Part shown: positions 1 to 9,240 of the stretch, in pieces
Layout: each line of letters starts with the position of its first letter
How positions within the stretch are numbered: position 1 is the stretch's first letter
Notes under the pieces: generated by a model
What the model was told of the DNA's origin: nothing
The model's database searches: none
The model's input: the letters and a program-made list of their open reading frames with translations, nothing else
From: Candidatus Bathyarchaeota archaeon
Lineage (GTDB): Archaea > Thermoproteota > Bathyarchaeia > Bathyarchaeales > Bathycorpusculaceae
DNA length: 64,000 nt
Assembly: GCA_963717465.1 (NCBI GenBank)
Contig: OY970340.1
Span: 288,001 to 352,000 of the forward strand
Direction of reading: 5' to 3'
Position numbers and translations under genes: made by a program

Positions 1-1672
1 TTATCGTCATTAGCATTTCATCCAGTTTATTTTCGTCAGCTTCAATTTTGTGGAATAAAGGTTTTGCAACACCTATTTTGTGGCCTGTTGGAAGAGGCTC
101 TAATGCGTCGTTGAATCTGGCTTTGTGGACGCTTCCTGGAAGATTAAGTATTTGCCATAGTTGTTCTGCAGTGTTAGGAATGAAAGGTGCGCATACAACC
201 GTGCAGGCTTTCACTACTTGAGCTGCCACGTAGAATATTGATTCGGCTTTTTCCTTATCGGTCTTCAAAAGCTTCCAGGGTTCTTTCTCGTTTAGATACT
301 GATTTCCAAGACGACTGATTGCGATTAACGTGTTGGTTGCTGATTGGAAGTTCGAATCCTCAAGGTCTTTGGCTACGCTTGAGACTTTTTCTTTTAATTC
401 TTCGAATATTTTTTTGTCATTGTCGTCCAGTTTGCTTGCTGTTGGAATTGTGCTGTTAAATTTTGAGTTAATGAATGAAAGAGTTCGGTGTATAAAGTTT
501 CCAAAAGTGTCATTTAGGTCAGCGTTGATTTTATCTGTAAATGCTTCCCATGAGAAATTTGTGTCTTTGCTTTCTGGTCGAGTAGCGATGAGAAAGAAGC
601 GCCAGTAATCTACAGGGAACATTTCTAAGGCTTCGTCTATCCATATACCGATTCTTTGGCTTTTTGATGCTTTTTGACCCTTAAACTGCAAGAATTCAGT
701 TGCGGAAACTGTCCAAGGCAGATTGTAGCCTTCACCTGAAGCCAAGAGCAAAGCAGGAAGAATAATTGTGTGAAAAGGAATGTTATCTTTACCAACAAAG
801 TACAAAGTTTTAGCGTCCTTGTTAAACCAGAATTCCCGCCATTTCTCAGGTTGACCAAGACGTTGACACTGCTCGATAGTGGCTGAAACGTAACCTAAAA
901 CAGCATCTACCCAAACGTAAATGGTTTTGCCCTGGGCTCCTTCAAAAGGCGCTGGAATTCCCCATTCTACATCGCGAGTTACTGCTCGGGGTTTTAAGCC
1001 TTCTTTTATCCAGTTTAAACTAAAATTTTTAACGTTTGAAGGAAGATGCTGGTTATCTCTTAAGTACTGGTTTAACGGCTCGGAGAGTTTAGAGAGGTCA
1101 ATGTACCAGTGTCGGGTAGTTTTTTGCACCGGCGAACTCTTGCAGATAACACAATAAGGCTCAACAAGCAAAGTTGGCTCTAAAAGTTTGCCGCAGCGGT
1201 CGCATTGGTCTCCGCGGGCTTTTTCATAACCGCAGTATGGGCATTTGCCTTCAACGAATCGGTCAGGCAGAAAACGATGATCTTTTTCGCAGTAAAGCAT
1301 CTTTGTATCCTGCGGGAATATGTAGCCGTTCTTTTGAATTTCAAGCAGGATTTTCCGTACAAACTCTTTGTGAACTGGACTTTCAGTGGTGGTGTAATTG
1401 TCAAAGGAGGCACCCCATTCTTTGAATAATTTAGTGACCCGTGCATGGTTTCTGTCAGTTAATTCTTTAGGCGTAATATGCTGTCTTAACGCTTCAACCT
1501 CAATGGGCGTGCCATGGGTATCTGAACCGCTAACCATAAGAACATCATCACCTCGCATTCTGTAATATCGGGCTGCAACATCAGCGGACAAAACTGACCC
1601 AACTAAGTTGCCAAGGTGCGGTGTCACGTTAATGTAGGGCCAAGCGGACGTGACCAAAACTTTTTCAGGCAA
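1..1672 (-). CDS. metG: Methionyl-tRNA synthetase (several frameshifts; runs off window start)
   Basis: TTG start reads MPEKVLVTSAWPYINVTPHLGN (HIGH-like), then SGSDTHGTPI, IYVWVDAV and KASKS (KMSKS-like) in shifting frames. Confidence 0.92.
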   Translation of the reverse strand, partial: MPEKVLVTSAWPYINVTPHLGNLVGSVLSADVAARYYRMRGDDVLMVSGSDTHGTPIEVEALRQHITPKELTDRNHARVTKLFKEWGASFDNYTTTESPVHKEFVRKILLEIQKNGYIFPQDTKMLYCEKDHRFLPDRFVEGKCPYCGYEKARGDQCDRCGKLLEPTLLVEPYCVICKSSPVQKTTRHWYIDLSKLSEPLNQYLRDNQHLPSNVKNFSLNWIKEGLKPRAVTRDVEWGIPAPFEGAQGKTIYVWVDAVLGYVSATIEQCQRLGQPEKWREFWFNKDAKTLYFVGKDNIPFHTIILPALLLASGEGYNLPWTVSATEFLQFKGQKASKSQRIGIWIDEALEMFPVDYWRFFLIATRPESKDTNFSWEAFTDKINADLNDTFGNFIHRTLSFINSKFNSTIPTASKLDDNDKKIFEELKEKVSSVAKDLEDSNFQSATNTLIAISRLGNQYLNEKEPWKLLKTDKEKAESIFYVAAQVVKACTVVCAPFIPNTAEQLWQILNLPGSVHKARFNDALEPLPTGHKIGVAKPLFHKIEADENKLDEMLMTI

Positions 1673-1974
1673 ACTATACCACAAACAATTCGTTTAGTAG
1701 CAACCTTATTAAAATTGCTATTATTGGGTTCTAAAAACTCATTTGACGTTACTATTCTTGGCTAATCAATCATAATCACCGAGACTTTGCACATTAATTA
1801 GCGTGTTAAAATTGGGAATGACGCTGCTTTGGAAGAAGAATTTGTCAGGGATTATTTTGTTGCCAACTTCTGCTTTTTACCAATTGCTGAGTATAGCAGT
1901 AAGCTCTTTTACGGGTCTCTTTGGTAACGCTTAAATAATAAAGTCAGCAATACCCCGTAACTTGAGGTTTAACG

Positions 1975-3018
1975 ATGCCTTATTGCAGAAATTGCGGCGC
2001 CAAGTTGCGAGATGACGCAAAATACTGTTATCATTGTGGGACAAAAGTAATTCCCTTAACAGGAACGTATGAAGTTCCCAGAGTTGCGAGAAGAAATTAT
2101 CTATTGCCTGTTTTAATCCTAATAGGAGTAGTAATTTGCGCATTGGTTTTTAGCGCAATAGCGTTTGTTCCTTTTTCGCCAGTGAATTTTAACCAAACAA
2201 ATGAACTGTCTCAGCCAAACGTTAATCAGCTAAATCTGAATTTTCAAGCCGACACTGCTGATGTAAATGTTATCCTGACGAACTCAACGGGCGAGACATT
2301 GCTTATGAACGTTTCAGCCACTGGATCAACAAACACCTTAGGGACAGCTAATGCTATCACTGTTTCTTTTGCTAATAGCACTGTGAATAATGTGCTAACG
2401 GTCAACGCGTCGATTTCTGATAGCTTGCCTTTCTTTGACGATGTTCAAGTAACATGCAATATTTACATTGACCCTAATGTAACAATGGATCTTAAAGTTG
2501 GCTCAGACGTCGGGCAAATTTCAATTGATGCTGAAACTCCAACGGCTATTAAAAATCTGGATCTATCGACAACAACAGGCAGCACTCAAGCAACCTTAGG
2601 AAAAAATGTAACCGTCGCTGGTGACGTCTCAATAACGACGACCACTGGAAGTGTATCTTTACTAATGAACCAGCCAAGTATTTCAGGAAACATCACAATT
2701 AGTCTTCAGTCAACAACGGGTTCAGTGAATTTGAACACAACTGAACTCAAGGAACTTTCAGGCAATATTCAAGTTAACGCTGCCACTACAACAGGTTCAA
2801 TTAACCTTAACATGGTAATTAACGGCGATGTCGGAGCAAAAATCACTTATAGCACAAACATTGGAAGCACAAGCTTACAAGACACTCAAGGCTTTTCTGG
2901 AAGTAAATCACCAATCCAATCAAGCAATTATCCTGCTGACAGCAACATTCTCGTAAACCTAAACACAAATGTTGGTGGAATCACAATAGAAGCAGTTTAC
3001 GAAGCCATAAAGATCTAA
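1975..3018 (+). CDS. Zinc-ribbon + TM + beta-repeat (DUF4097/adhesin-like) membrane protein
   Basis: N-terminal CxxC..CxxC, one TM helix, repeated STTTGSV-like beta units. Confidence 0.7.
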   Translation: MPYCRNCGAKLRDDAKYCYHCGTKVIPLTGTYEVPRVARRNYLLPVLILIGVVICALVFSAIAFVPFSPVNFNQTNELSQPNVNQLNLNFQADTADVNVILTNSTGETLLMNVSATGSTNTLGTANAITVSFANSTVNNVLTVNASISDSLPFFDDVQVTCNIYIDPNVTMDLKVGSDVGQISIDAETPTAIKNLDLSTTTGSTQATLGKNVTVAGDVSITTTTGSVSLLMNQPSISGNITISLQSTTGSVNLNTTELKELSGNIQVNAATTTGSINLNMVINGDVGAKITYSTNIGSTSLQDTQGFSGSKSPIQSSNYPADSNILVNLNTNVGGITIEAVYEAIKI

Positions 3019-3280
3019 TTTTGTCTACTTCGAATACGTTTTGTAATTGATTTTTGATTCAAAATTTTTAAAGCCAAATCCGAAGCTACGCGCCAGAAAA
3101 ATATTTTACACATTTATTGCAGAACCAAGCTACATGCAAGTAAGCATACTTAACAGATACTTAACAGATAACAAGATACTTGTTTCGTGTGGTATTCAAA
3201 TAGCTTGTTAGCGCAGAAAACCTTTTAAGAAAAGCTTCAAGTTACATTTTTCGTAGTGAAATAAAAACCGAAGGATACTC

Positions 3281-4459
3281 ATGAAGAGAAATGGAAAATA
3301 CTTGTTTACTTCTGAATCAGTCGGAGAAGGACATCCTGATAAAGTTGCAGATCAAATATCTGACAGCATCCTAGACGCTATATTTTCAAGCGATCCAAAA
3401 GCACGCGTTGACTGCGAAACTCTGGTGATGCAGGGAACAGTAATGATTACAGGCCAAATAACCACTTCAACATATGTCAATATTCCAAAAATTGTTAGAG
3501 AAACTTTGAAAGGAATCGGGCTTGACAACTCTAAGGATGGTTTAGACTGGGAAACTTGTGGAATACTGGTTTCCTTAACTGAGCAGTCGCCGGACATTGC
3601 ACAGGGTGTTAATGAATCAGCTGGACATGAGCAGGGAGCAGGAGATCAAGGAATGGTTTTTGGCTACGCTACTAATGAGACTAAAGAGTTGATGCCTCTG
3701 CCAATTATGCTTTCTCATAAACTGGTTAAGCGTTTGGCAGATTGTAGAAAGCAGGGTATTTTGCCTTATTTACGTGCTGATTGCAAGAGTCAGGTTACAG
3801 TAGAGTATGATGAGGGTAAACCTAAATGCGTAAGAACCGTGGTTATTGCTGCTCAAAATAACGGAAACATCGAGGACGAAAAGTTAAGAAAAGACATAAT
3901 TGAGCAGGTAATAAAGAAAGTTATTCCTGCTGAAATGCTAAGCTCAGACATAAAATACGTTATTAACGGCACAGGAAGATTTGTAATCGGTGGAACACTA
4001 GCAGATTCAGGGTTAACAGGAAGAAAAATTATCGTTGACACTTACGGCGGCGTTGGAAGCCACGGCGGCGGATGCTTCAGCGGCAAAGACCCATCCAAAG
4101 TCGACCGTTCAGGCTGCTACATGGCAAGATACATTGCAAAAAACATTGTCGCCGCTGGATTAGCTGAGCAATGCGAAATTCAAATCTCTTACGCTATCGG
4201 CGTTGCACAGCCAATTTCAGTCTTAGTCAACACTTATGAAACTGGGAAACTGCCTGATGAGCAACTACTTGAATTGGTTAAGATAAACTTTGACATGCGA
4301 CCTAAGGCTATTATTGATCAGCTGAATCTGTTGAGACCGATATACAAGAAAACAGCAGTTTTTGGTCATTTCGGAAGAGAAGATTCTGATTTCCCATGGG
4401 AAAAAACTGACAAAGTTGAAATATTGCAGAAAGCTGCCAAAGCAGCCATCAAAGCATAA
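3281..4459 (+). CDS. metK: S-adenosylmethionine synthetase, bacterial/eukaryotic type
   Basis: [51 protein letters not shown]. Confidence 0.97.
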   Translation: MKRNGKYLFTSESVGEGHPDKVADQISDSILDAIFSSDPKARVDCETLVMQGTVMITGQITTSTYVNIPKIVRETLKGIGLDNSKDGLDWETCGILVSLTEQSPDIAQGVNESAGHEQGAGDQGMVFGYATNETKELMPLPIMLSHKLVKRLADCRKQGILPYLRADCKSQVTVEYDEGKPKCVRTVVIAAQNNGNIEDEKLRKDIIEQVIKKVIPAEMLSSDIKYVINGTGRFVIGGTLADSGLTGRKIIVDTYGGVGSHGGGCFSGKDPSKVDRSGCYMARYIAKNIVAAGLAEQCEIQISYAIGVAQPISVLVNTYETGKLPDEQLLELVKINFDMRPKAIIDQLNLLRPIYKKTAVFGHFGREDSDFPWEKTDKVEILQKAAKAAIKA

Positions 4460-4603
4460 TTCTTTCTTTTTTACACATCGTTTCTTTTGCTTTAAGTTTC
4501 TTTAGCTTAGCTGTCTGAAATCGATTAACTTTTTAAATTACGATTCATTTTGAGGCACACTACAAATGTAATGTAATACACTACAAACTAACTTGATAGA
4601 ACA

Positions 4604-5779
4604 TCATTTTACCTTCTTTAAGTAGAAATTGATTAATCCCTTAAGGAGACTATCTTGGCATTTAAGAAAGTAATAGGTTTTTTCAGATTTGCATCCACGC
4701 TCTATTTTCGCCTTCTCTGAACCTATTCTAAAATGAATTCTTTTTAATCTTCTTTGAATTGCTAATTTTATTGGCTCATAATAGACTAAATTAAAGTACA
4801 CAAAATCCGTCTTTCCTAAACTTGCATAATCAAAGCCGCAAAAATAAACATCAAGAGTTTCTTTATGCTGTAAAGATAGCGAGAAGCCAACTAATGTATC
4901 GGCTTTTTGTGCTATGAATACTTTTGTTTTATCTTTTGCATGTTCACTTAGCATTTGAAAAAAAAGTGGATCATAAGGGCTCTTAGCGTCGCTAGTATAT
5001 TTTGAAAAAAGATTAGAATATAAAGTGGAAAGCTTTTCTGAGAGTGCCTCGAAATCTTTTTCTTCTGAAACTGTCACGCCGCTGTCTTGACAGTTTTTGA
5101 TTTCCCTTTTGATAATATTTCTTGTCTTGTGATTAAATCCTCCTAAATATTCATCGAATTCACTCCATTGAATGTCAAGATACCAAGTTTTTAAGAAATG
5201 GTGGTTAAGATATCCGAAGTCTTGAAGATTTGATATCAAGGCTTTGTCGAACTCAGAGACATATGGAAAGCAACTAAATGGGATTCTTTGTATTTTGCAA
5301 AGATCATCGATCTTTTTTAGAAAAATATCTAGATAATTTTTGGTAGATGCTTTTTCTTTAAGCAAGATCTGGCTATGGAAGGAATTTGGCGAATGACAAT
5401 TCAGTTGTCGATTTGACAGAAAGCCCAAAGTGTCGCTAATCTTAATTATTCTGCCTAAACGTGAAGTTTGTTTGTTGTTGAAGGGCTCGATTAGGTAAGG
5501 TGCTATTGCTTCTACTTTGTCCTTATTGCATATAACTAAATAAAACGGCTTAAAGGGGGATGATTTTGTGGTTTCAAGAGTTTTGAAATATTCATAAGTG
5601 AAAAAGCCATCGTCAGCAATGGAATTGAGTGCCGTTCTGCCAATCAGGTCGATATTTTTTAGAGTTTTAAATTGATATTGAGTCGTCAATAGGCTTGTCA
5701 TCTCGCTCTGTTTTATCTTTTTTGTGCTTTCTAATTCGCTGCGAGTGCTTTTTGATGTCCGAACATTCCTATCCACCAT
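4604..5779 (-). CDS. GNAT/FemAB-like acyl- or aminoacyl-transferase
   Basis: WYLDIQWSEFDEYL..FNHKTRNIIKRE and YFNLVYYEPIKLA..IHFRIGSEKAKIERGC; true start may be 5701. Confidence 0.7.
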   Translation of the reverse strand: MVDRNVRTSKSTRSELESTKKIKQSEMTSLLTTQYQFKTLKNIDLIGRTALNSIADDGFFTYEYFKTLETTKSSPFKPFYLVICNKDKVEAIAPYLIEPFNNKQTSRLGRIIKISDTLGFLSNRQLNCHSPNSFHSQILLKEKASTKNYLDIFLKKIDDLCKIQRIPFSCFPYVSEFDKALISNLQDFGYLNHHFLKTWYLDIQWSEFDEYLGGFNHKTRNIIKREIKNCQDSGVTVSEEKDFEALSEKLSTLYSNLFSKYTSDAKSPYDPLFFQMLSEHAKDKTKVFIAQKADTLVGFSLSLQHKETLDVYFCGFDYASLGKTDFVYFNLVYYEPIKLAIQRRLKRIHFRIGSEKAKIERGCKSEKTYYFLKCQDSLLKGLINFYLKKVK

Positions 5780-6993
5780 CGCTCTTTAATGATTTTTTTG
5801 ACCTGTGAATTTGACATGGCGAAAAAGGGGAAAAGGTCATCGATTGCAAACCAAGCTGCTTCTTGAACTCCGTTAAGAGATTTAAGCCATTGACTTGCTG
5901 TGAGTGCGCCTCGAAGATAACCACTTGCGCTTGAAAAGAAGTCGAAGTTTTCTAAAAACCATTTTCTGCCGTCTGATACATAACTTTGTTCAACAGTTTG
6001 GCCTGTTAAGTCTAAGTATTCAGCACGAACAACATCTAGACCATTGGTTCCTGTAAAAAGTCTGAATGTTGCGCCAATACGAGGATTCATATCGAGAATT
6101 TTATACGTGTGATCTGTGCGGTCAAACACGAAATCAATGTCAACTATTCCTTTGTATTTTAGATTTTTCATGAGTTGCTTTGACAAGGAGGCAAGTTCTT
6201 CATTATTCAAACAAGCGCCTAGAGATGTCGCACCACCGTCAAAAGGTGATTGACGCACTTTAAATCCAGTAGAGCCGAACAAACATTGAGATTCATTATT
6301 GAAATACCCATCAAACATCCAAAAGGTACTGTGAGGACTAGCAAAGTATTCTTGAACTATGTAATTTCCATTTAAGGCAGCTTCATGCCGATTGTAAAAG
6401 TCTAACAGGTCGGCTCTTGTTTTAGTCAAAAAGAACTTTTTGCCATTTATTTCATTTTTAGATTCATTTGGTTTAAGAACAACTGGAAAATTCAATTCCC
6501 TTATGTGTTCCTCAAGTATTTTTCTCGAGCTAAGAAAGAAAGTTAGTGGAGATGAAATACCATATTCTTTGGCAAGATTATACATTTGTTTCTTACTGAT
6601 GATGGATTGGATAAAATCATAGGGAAGCCTATGAAAGTAGAAGTATTTTTCTAATTCTTCACTATATTTCGCAATTAAACTAACATTTTGATCTGTTGTG
6701 CATAATAAAAGAGCCTTTTTTCCGATTTCCTCTCCGATTTTTGTAAGATACGTTAACAATTCGTTTTTTTCGTAACGGTTTTTCGGCAGAAAAAACATTT
6801 TTTTGTAGTATTTTGAGTTAATGCATGGGTTTTTTGGTTCTCGATTTAGTCCATAAATAGTTATGCCGAGACGACCTAGACTACGTGCTATGCCGAGGCT
6901 TAAACGGTCATCTGAATCAAAGACAAGCACGGGTGTGGAAGTATCCCAACATGTTTCTTTGCACACGCGCTGTTTATGGTGTCTATTAACCAT
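5731..6993 (-). CDS. ATP-grasp carboxylate-amine ligase (D-aspartate-ligase-like)
   Basis: LGIARSLGRLG, FPVVLKP, IVQEY, YKGIVDIDF, ILDMNPR. Confidence 0.85.
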   Translation of the reverse strand: MVNRHHKQRVCKETCWDTSTPVLVFDSDDRLSLGIARSLGRLGITIYGLNREPKNPCINSKYYKKMFFLPKNRYEKNELLTYLTKIGEEIGKKALLLCTTDQNVSLIAKYSEELEKYFYFHRLPYDFIQSIISKKQMYNLAKEYGISSPLTFFLSSRKILEEHIRELNFPVVLKPNESKNEINGKKFFLTKTRADLLDFYNRHEAALNGNYIVQEYFASPHSTFWMFDGYFNNESQCLFGSTGFKVRQSPFDGGATSLGACLNNEELASLSKQLMKNLKYKGIVDIDFVFDRTDHTYKILDMNPRIGATFRLFTGTNGLDVVRAEYLDLTGQTVEQSYVSDGRKWFLENFDFFSSASGYLRGALTASQWLKSLNGVQEAAWFAIDDLFPFFAMSNSQVKKIIKERWWIGMFGHQKALAAN

Positions 6994-7324
6994 GCGCTAC
7001 CCTGCAAACTGAATTATTAATCTGCTCTTTTATAAGTCATATTTCTTGAAGCAGAATAGTTTCGTTAATGGACGCAAGTTCGCTCCAACTTCGCCGGTTA
7101 GCCGTTTAACCGAAAAACAACTGGATAAGTATTGTACCATCAAGCCATCGTCGTGTTGTGATGTAGTTGTTGTTGTGGACGTGTGTTGAGACAGTGGGAG
7201 AAGGAGAAGGGTTATGTGCAGGTTTGTTTGGGGATTAAAATTTAATCCGACCAACCTTTGGGAAGATTTAAAAAAATCATGAAGAAATTATAAGGTTAGC
7301 GCGCAAGCATCTTTAGGGAAAAGA

Positions 7325-7430
7325 TGGTGCGGTTACCGGGATTTGAACCCGGGTCGTCAGCTTGGGAAGCTTGCATGGTAACGTTAATGAAGCGTTACTT
7401 TGATGTCCTACCAAACTAGACTACAACCGC
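7325..7430 (-). tRNA. tRNA-Gly(CCC) with a 30-nt intron (7371-7400) in the 5' strand of the anticodon stem; CCA encoded
   Basis: Reverse complement GCGGTTG..GGACATCA[intron]GCTTCCCAAGCTGA..GGTTCAAATCC..TAACCGCACCA; removing the insert restores the TCAGC/GCTGA stem. Confidence 0.93.
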
Positions 7431-7899
7431 ACAATACTACCTTCAATTCTGATACACGACATTTATTTAATGTTAGTGTTGACTGAAAGAATTTTCCAGT
7501 TGGTTAACTGCCAAGTATGCTCCACTTACGATAAAATGCTTTTATGCTATTCAAAGAGATATTTTGATAACGGAAATGCATTAAGCAAGAAGCGTAAACG
7601 ATGTAAACTTAAATTGCGTCGATGAATTGCGTGATTATTTACGGTACAAAGTGTTTAGAAAAGGGTATTCTGGAAGCTGAGGTTAATCTTTGTCAAGGAT
7701 GAATTAATCCTAGCGTTTTCGTTAAGTATTATTGGAGCCAGAGATTGAGTGAGTTAGGAGATAAGTGTTTGAAGCGATAAAACAGAATGGTATAATGACA
7801 AAAAACCTATCACCTTTCTATTTATAGAGTTCTTAAAGTGTCAGATTGCTTGGTCAAATAAACAAACAATCAGCGCACTCCTTAATTTTTTTTGAGGAA

Positions 7900-7998
7900 T
7901 TAAGCTTTCGGGTGGTCTAAACTATGCTTCGTTTGTATGTGACTTGCCATGTCTTCCTCGCTAAAAGTATTGTTGCAATATGTGCATCTTTTGTCCAT
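7900..7998 (-). CDS. 32-aa C2H2 zinc-finger microprotein (below ORF-track cutoff)
   Basis: MDKRCTYCNNTFSEEDMASHIQTKHSLDHPKA, preceded by AGGAGGTGA SD. Confidence 0.75.
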   Translation of the reverse strand: MDKRCTYCNNTFSEEDMASHIQTKHSLDHPKA

Positions 7999-8339
7999 AT
8001 TATTTCACCTCCTAAAAACAATTCCAGTAAGTAGAAGTGCGATATTATAATAGGAATCAACTATATAGGCATGTTAATGGTTCTTTTATAAGTTATTTAT
8101 TATTTATGTTGATAGTTTTGAACTGGCTAGATTGTCTAGCCTATTTCTTTGTTTGTTGTTGTATGTTTGCACCAATATGTCTTTTGATTATTTAATAACA
8201 CACTAATGGGCTCTTTTGAAATTGTGGCTTGTTGCGTATTTTTGGTTGGGGATAAGGAGACTGCAACTTAGAAATTTTTGTTTTTGCAGGCAGGCATATA
8301 TAGTACTACTAAATACTATGCAATAGTACAGGGTTAGAA

Positions 8340-8483
8340 GTGAGCGAAACAAGAAGACTTAACAAGACGTTGAAAATAAGTCCAGAAGTCCATAAAAGAC
8401 TTTTAGATTTTGGCAAGAAGTCAGAAACTATAGACCAAATAATTTCTAGACTTTTAGATATAGCTGAAAAGAAAGGAAAGTAA
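8340..8483 (+). CDS. 47-aa ribbon-helix-helix-like DNA-binding protein
   Basis: GTG start; MSETRRLNKTLKISPEVHKRLLDFGKKSETIDQIISRLLDIAEKKGK. Confidence 0.7.
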   Translation: MSETRRLNKTLKISPEVHKRLLDFGKKSETIDQIISRLLDIAEKKGK

Positions 8484-8488
8484 AATTA

Positions 8489-8644
8489 GTGGATTCAAAT
8501 AATGAAACTGGGTACAGTGCTATAAAATGTCCCAAATGCAAGGAAAATGAATTCAGATTCACTCATAATGTAGGATGGTTCTGCTCGTATTGTGGTTATC
8601 GAATAAACATTGCTGATTATTTTAAAAAGGGATTGAACGCATGA
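8489..8644 (+). CDS. 51-aa zinc-ribbon protein
   Basis: GTG start; IKCPKCKENEFRFTHNVGWFCSYCGY. Confidence 0.65.
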   Translation: MDSNNETGYSAIKCPKCKENEFRFTHNVGWFCSYCGYRINIADYFKKGLNA

Positions 8645-8743
8645 AAGTTGAAGGCCCAGTTTGTTGACCGAAATCTACCTATGATAAAACCAAAGATGGA
8701 ACGATTGAAAAGAAGAAGGATTTGAAAAAGAGGCATAAAAAAC

Positions 8744-8995
8744 ATGAATAAAGGCAGATTATATGACGAATTAATTCCAATTGAACAATTATCTTATAAA
8801 GGTTGCAATACTCCTGAACTTGTGAATGCTAAAATAAAACAAATTTTAGATGAAGTAAAAAATGAAATGCCACCATTTATCGAGAAATGGGTTGATAAAG
8901 TAGACGGAAACCCTGATTGGAAAGCAACGTGCGACGCCATGGATGAAAGAAACAAACTAAGAGAACAGTGGTTCATTAAATGGTTTGGTGAATAA
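8744..8995 (+). CDS. Hypothetical protein (virus-like small ORF)
   Basis: 83-aa ORF at the end of a tightly coupled AT-rich mini-operon. Confidence 0.5.
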   Translation: MNKGRLYDELIPIEQLSYKGCNTPELVNAKIKQILDEVKNEMPPFIEKWVDKVDGNPDWKATCDAMDERNKLREQWFIKWFGE

Positions 8996-9240
8996 AAGGA
9001 AAATAAAATGCCCAGTTTGTAAAGACGAAGGAAACGATTACCGAAACGATTACCCAGACTCAATCGACTGCAAGCTTATAAAAGTTGTTTTTTATGATTG
9101 TTTTCCGTTTTTTGCTGGTTAGGTTTGCGATCGTCTACGCGCGCTATCGTCAATAGTAGCTCTTTAATGTTTTGAAACTGGAAGCTATCTGCTGTATTTA
9201 AAAAAATGGAACTTGCCATGCCATGATACGGCTTTGCGTT

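Noticed and set aside
7030..7254. Thr-rich 74-aa ORF as precursor for the ATP-grasp enzyme
   Set aside because: No clear SD, no graspetide-like Thr/Lys-Asp/Glu repeat core, and the ligase looks D-Asp-ligase-like rather than RimK-like
7475..7585. KEFSSWLTAKYAPLTIK as an integrase N-terminal remnant next to the tRNA
   Set aside because: Short, needs a frameshift and shows no catalytic motifs; cannot be supported without a search
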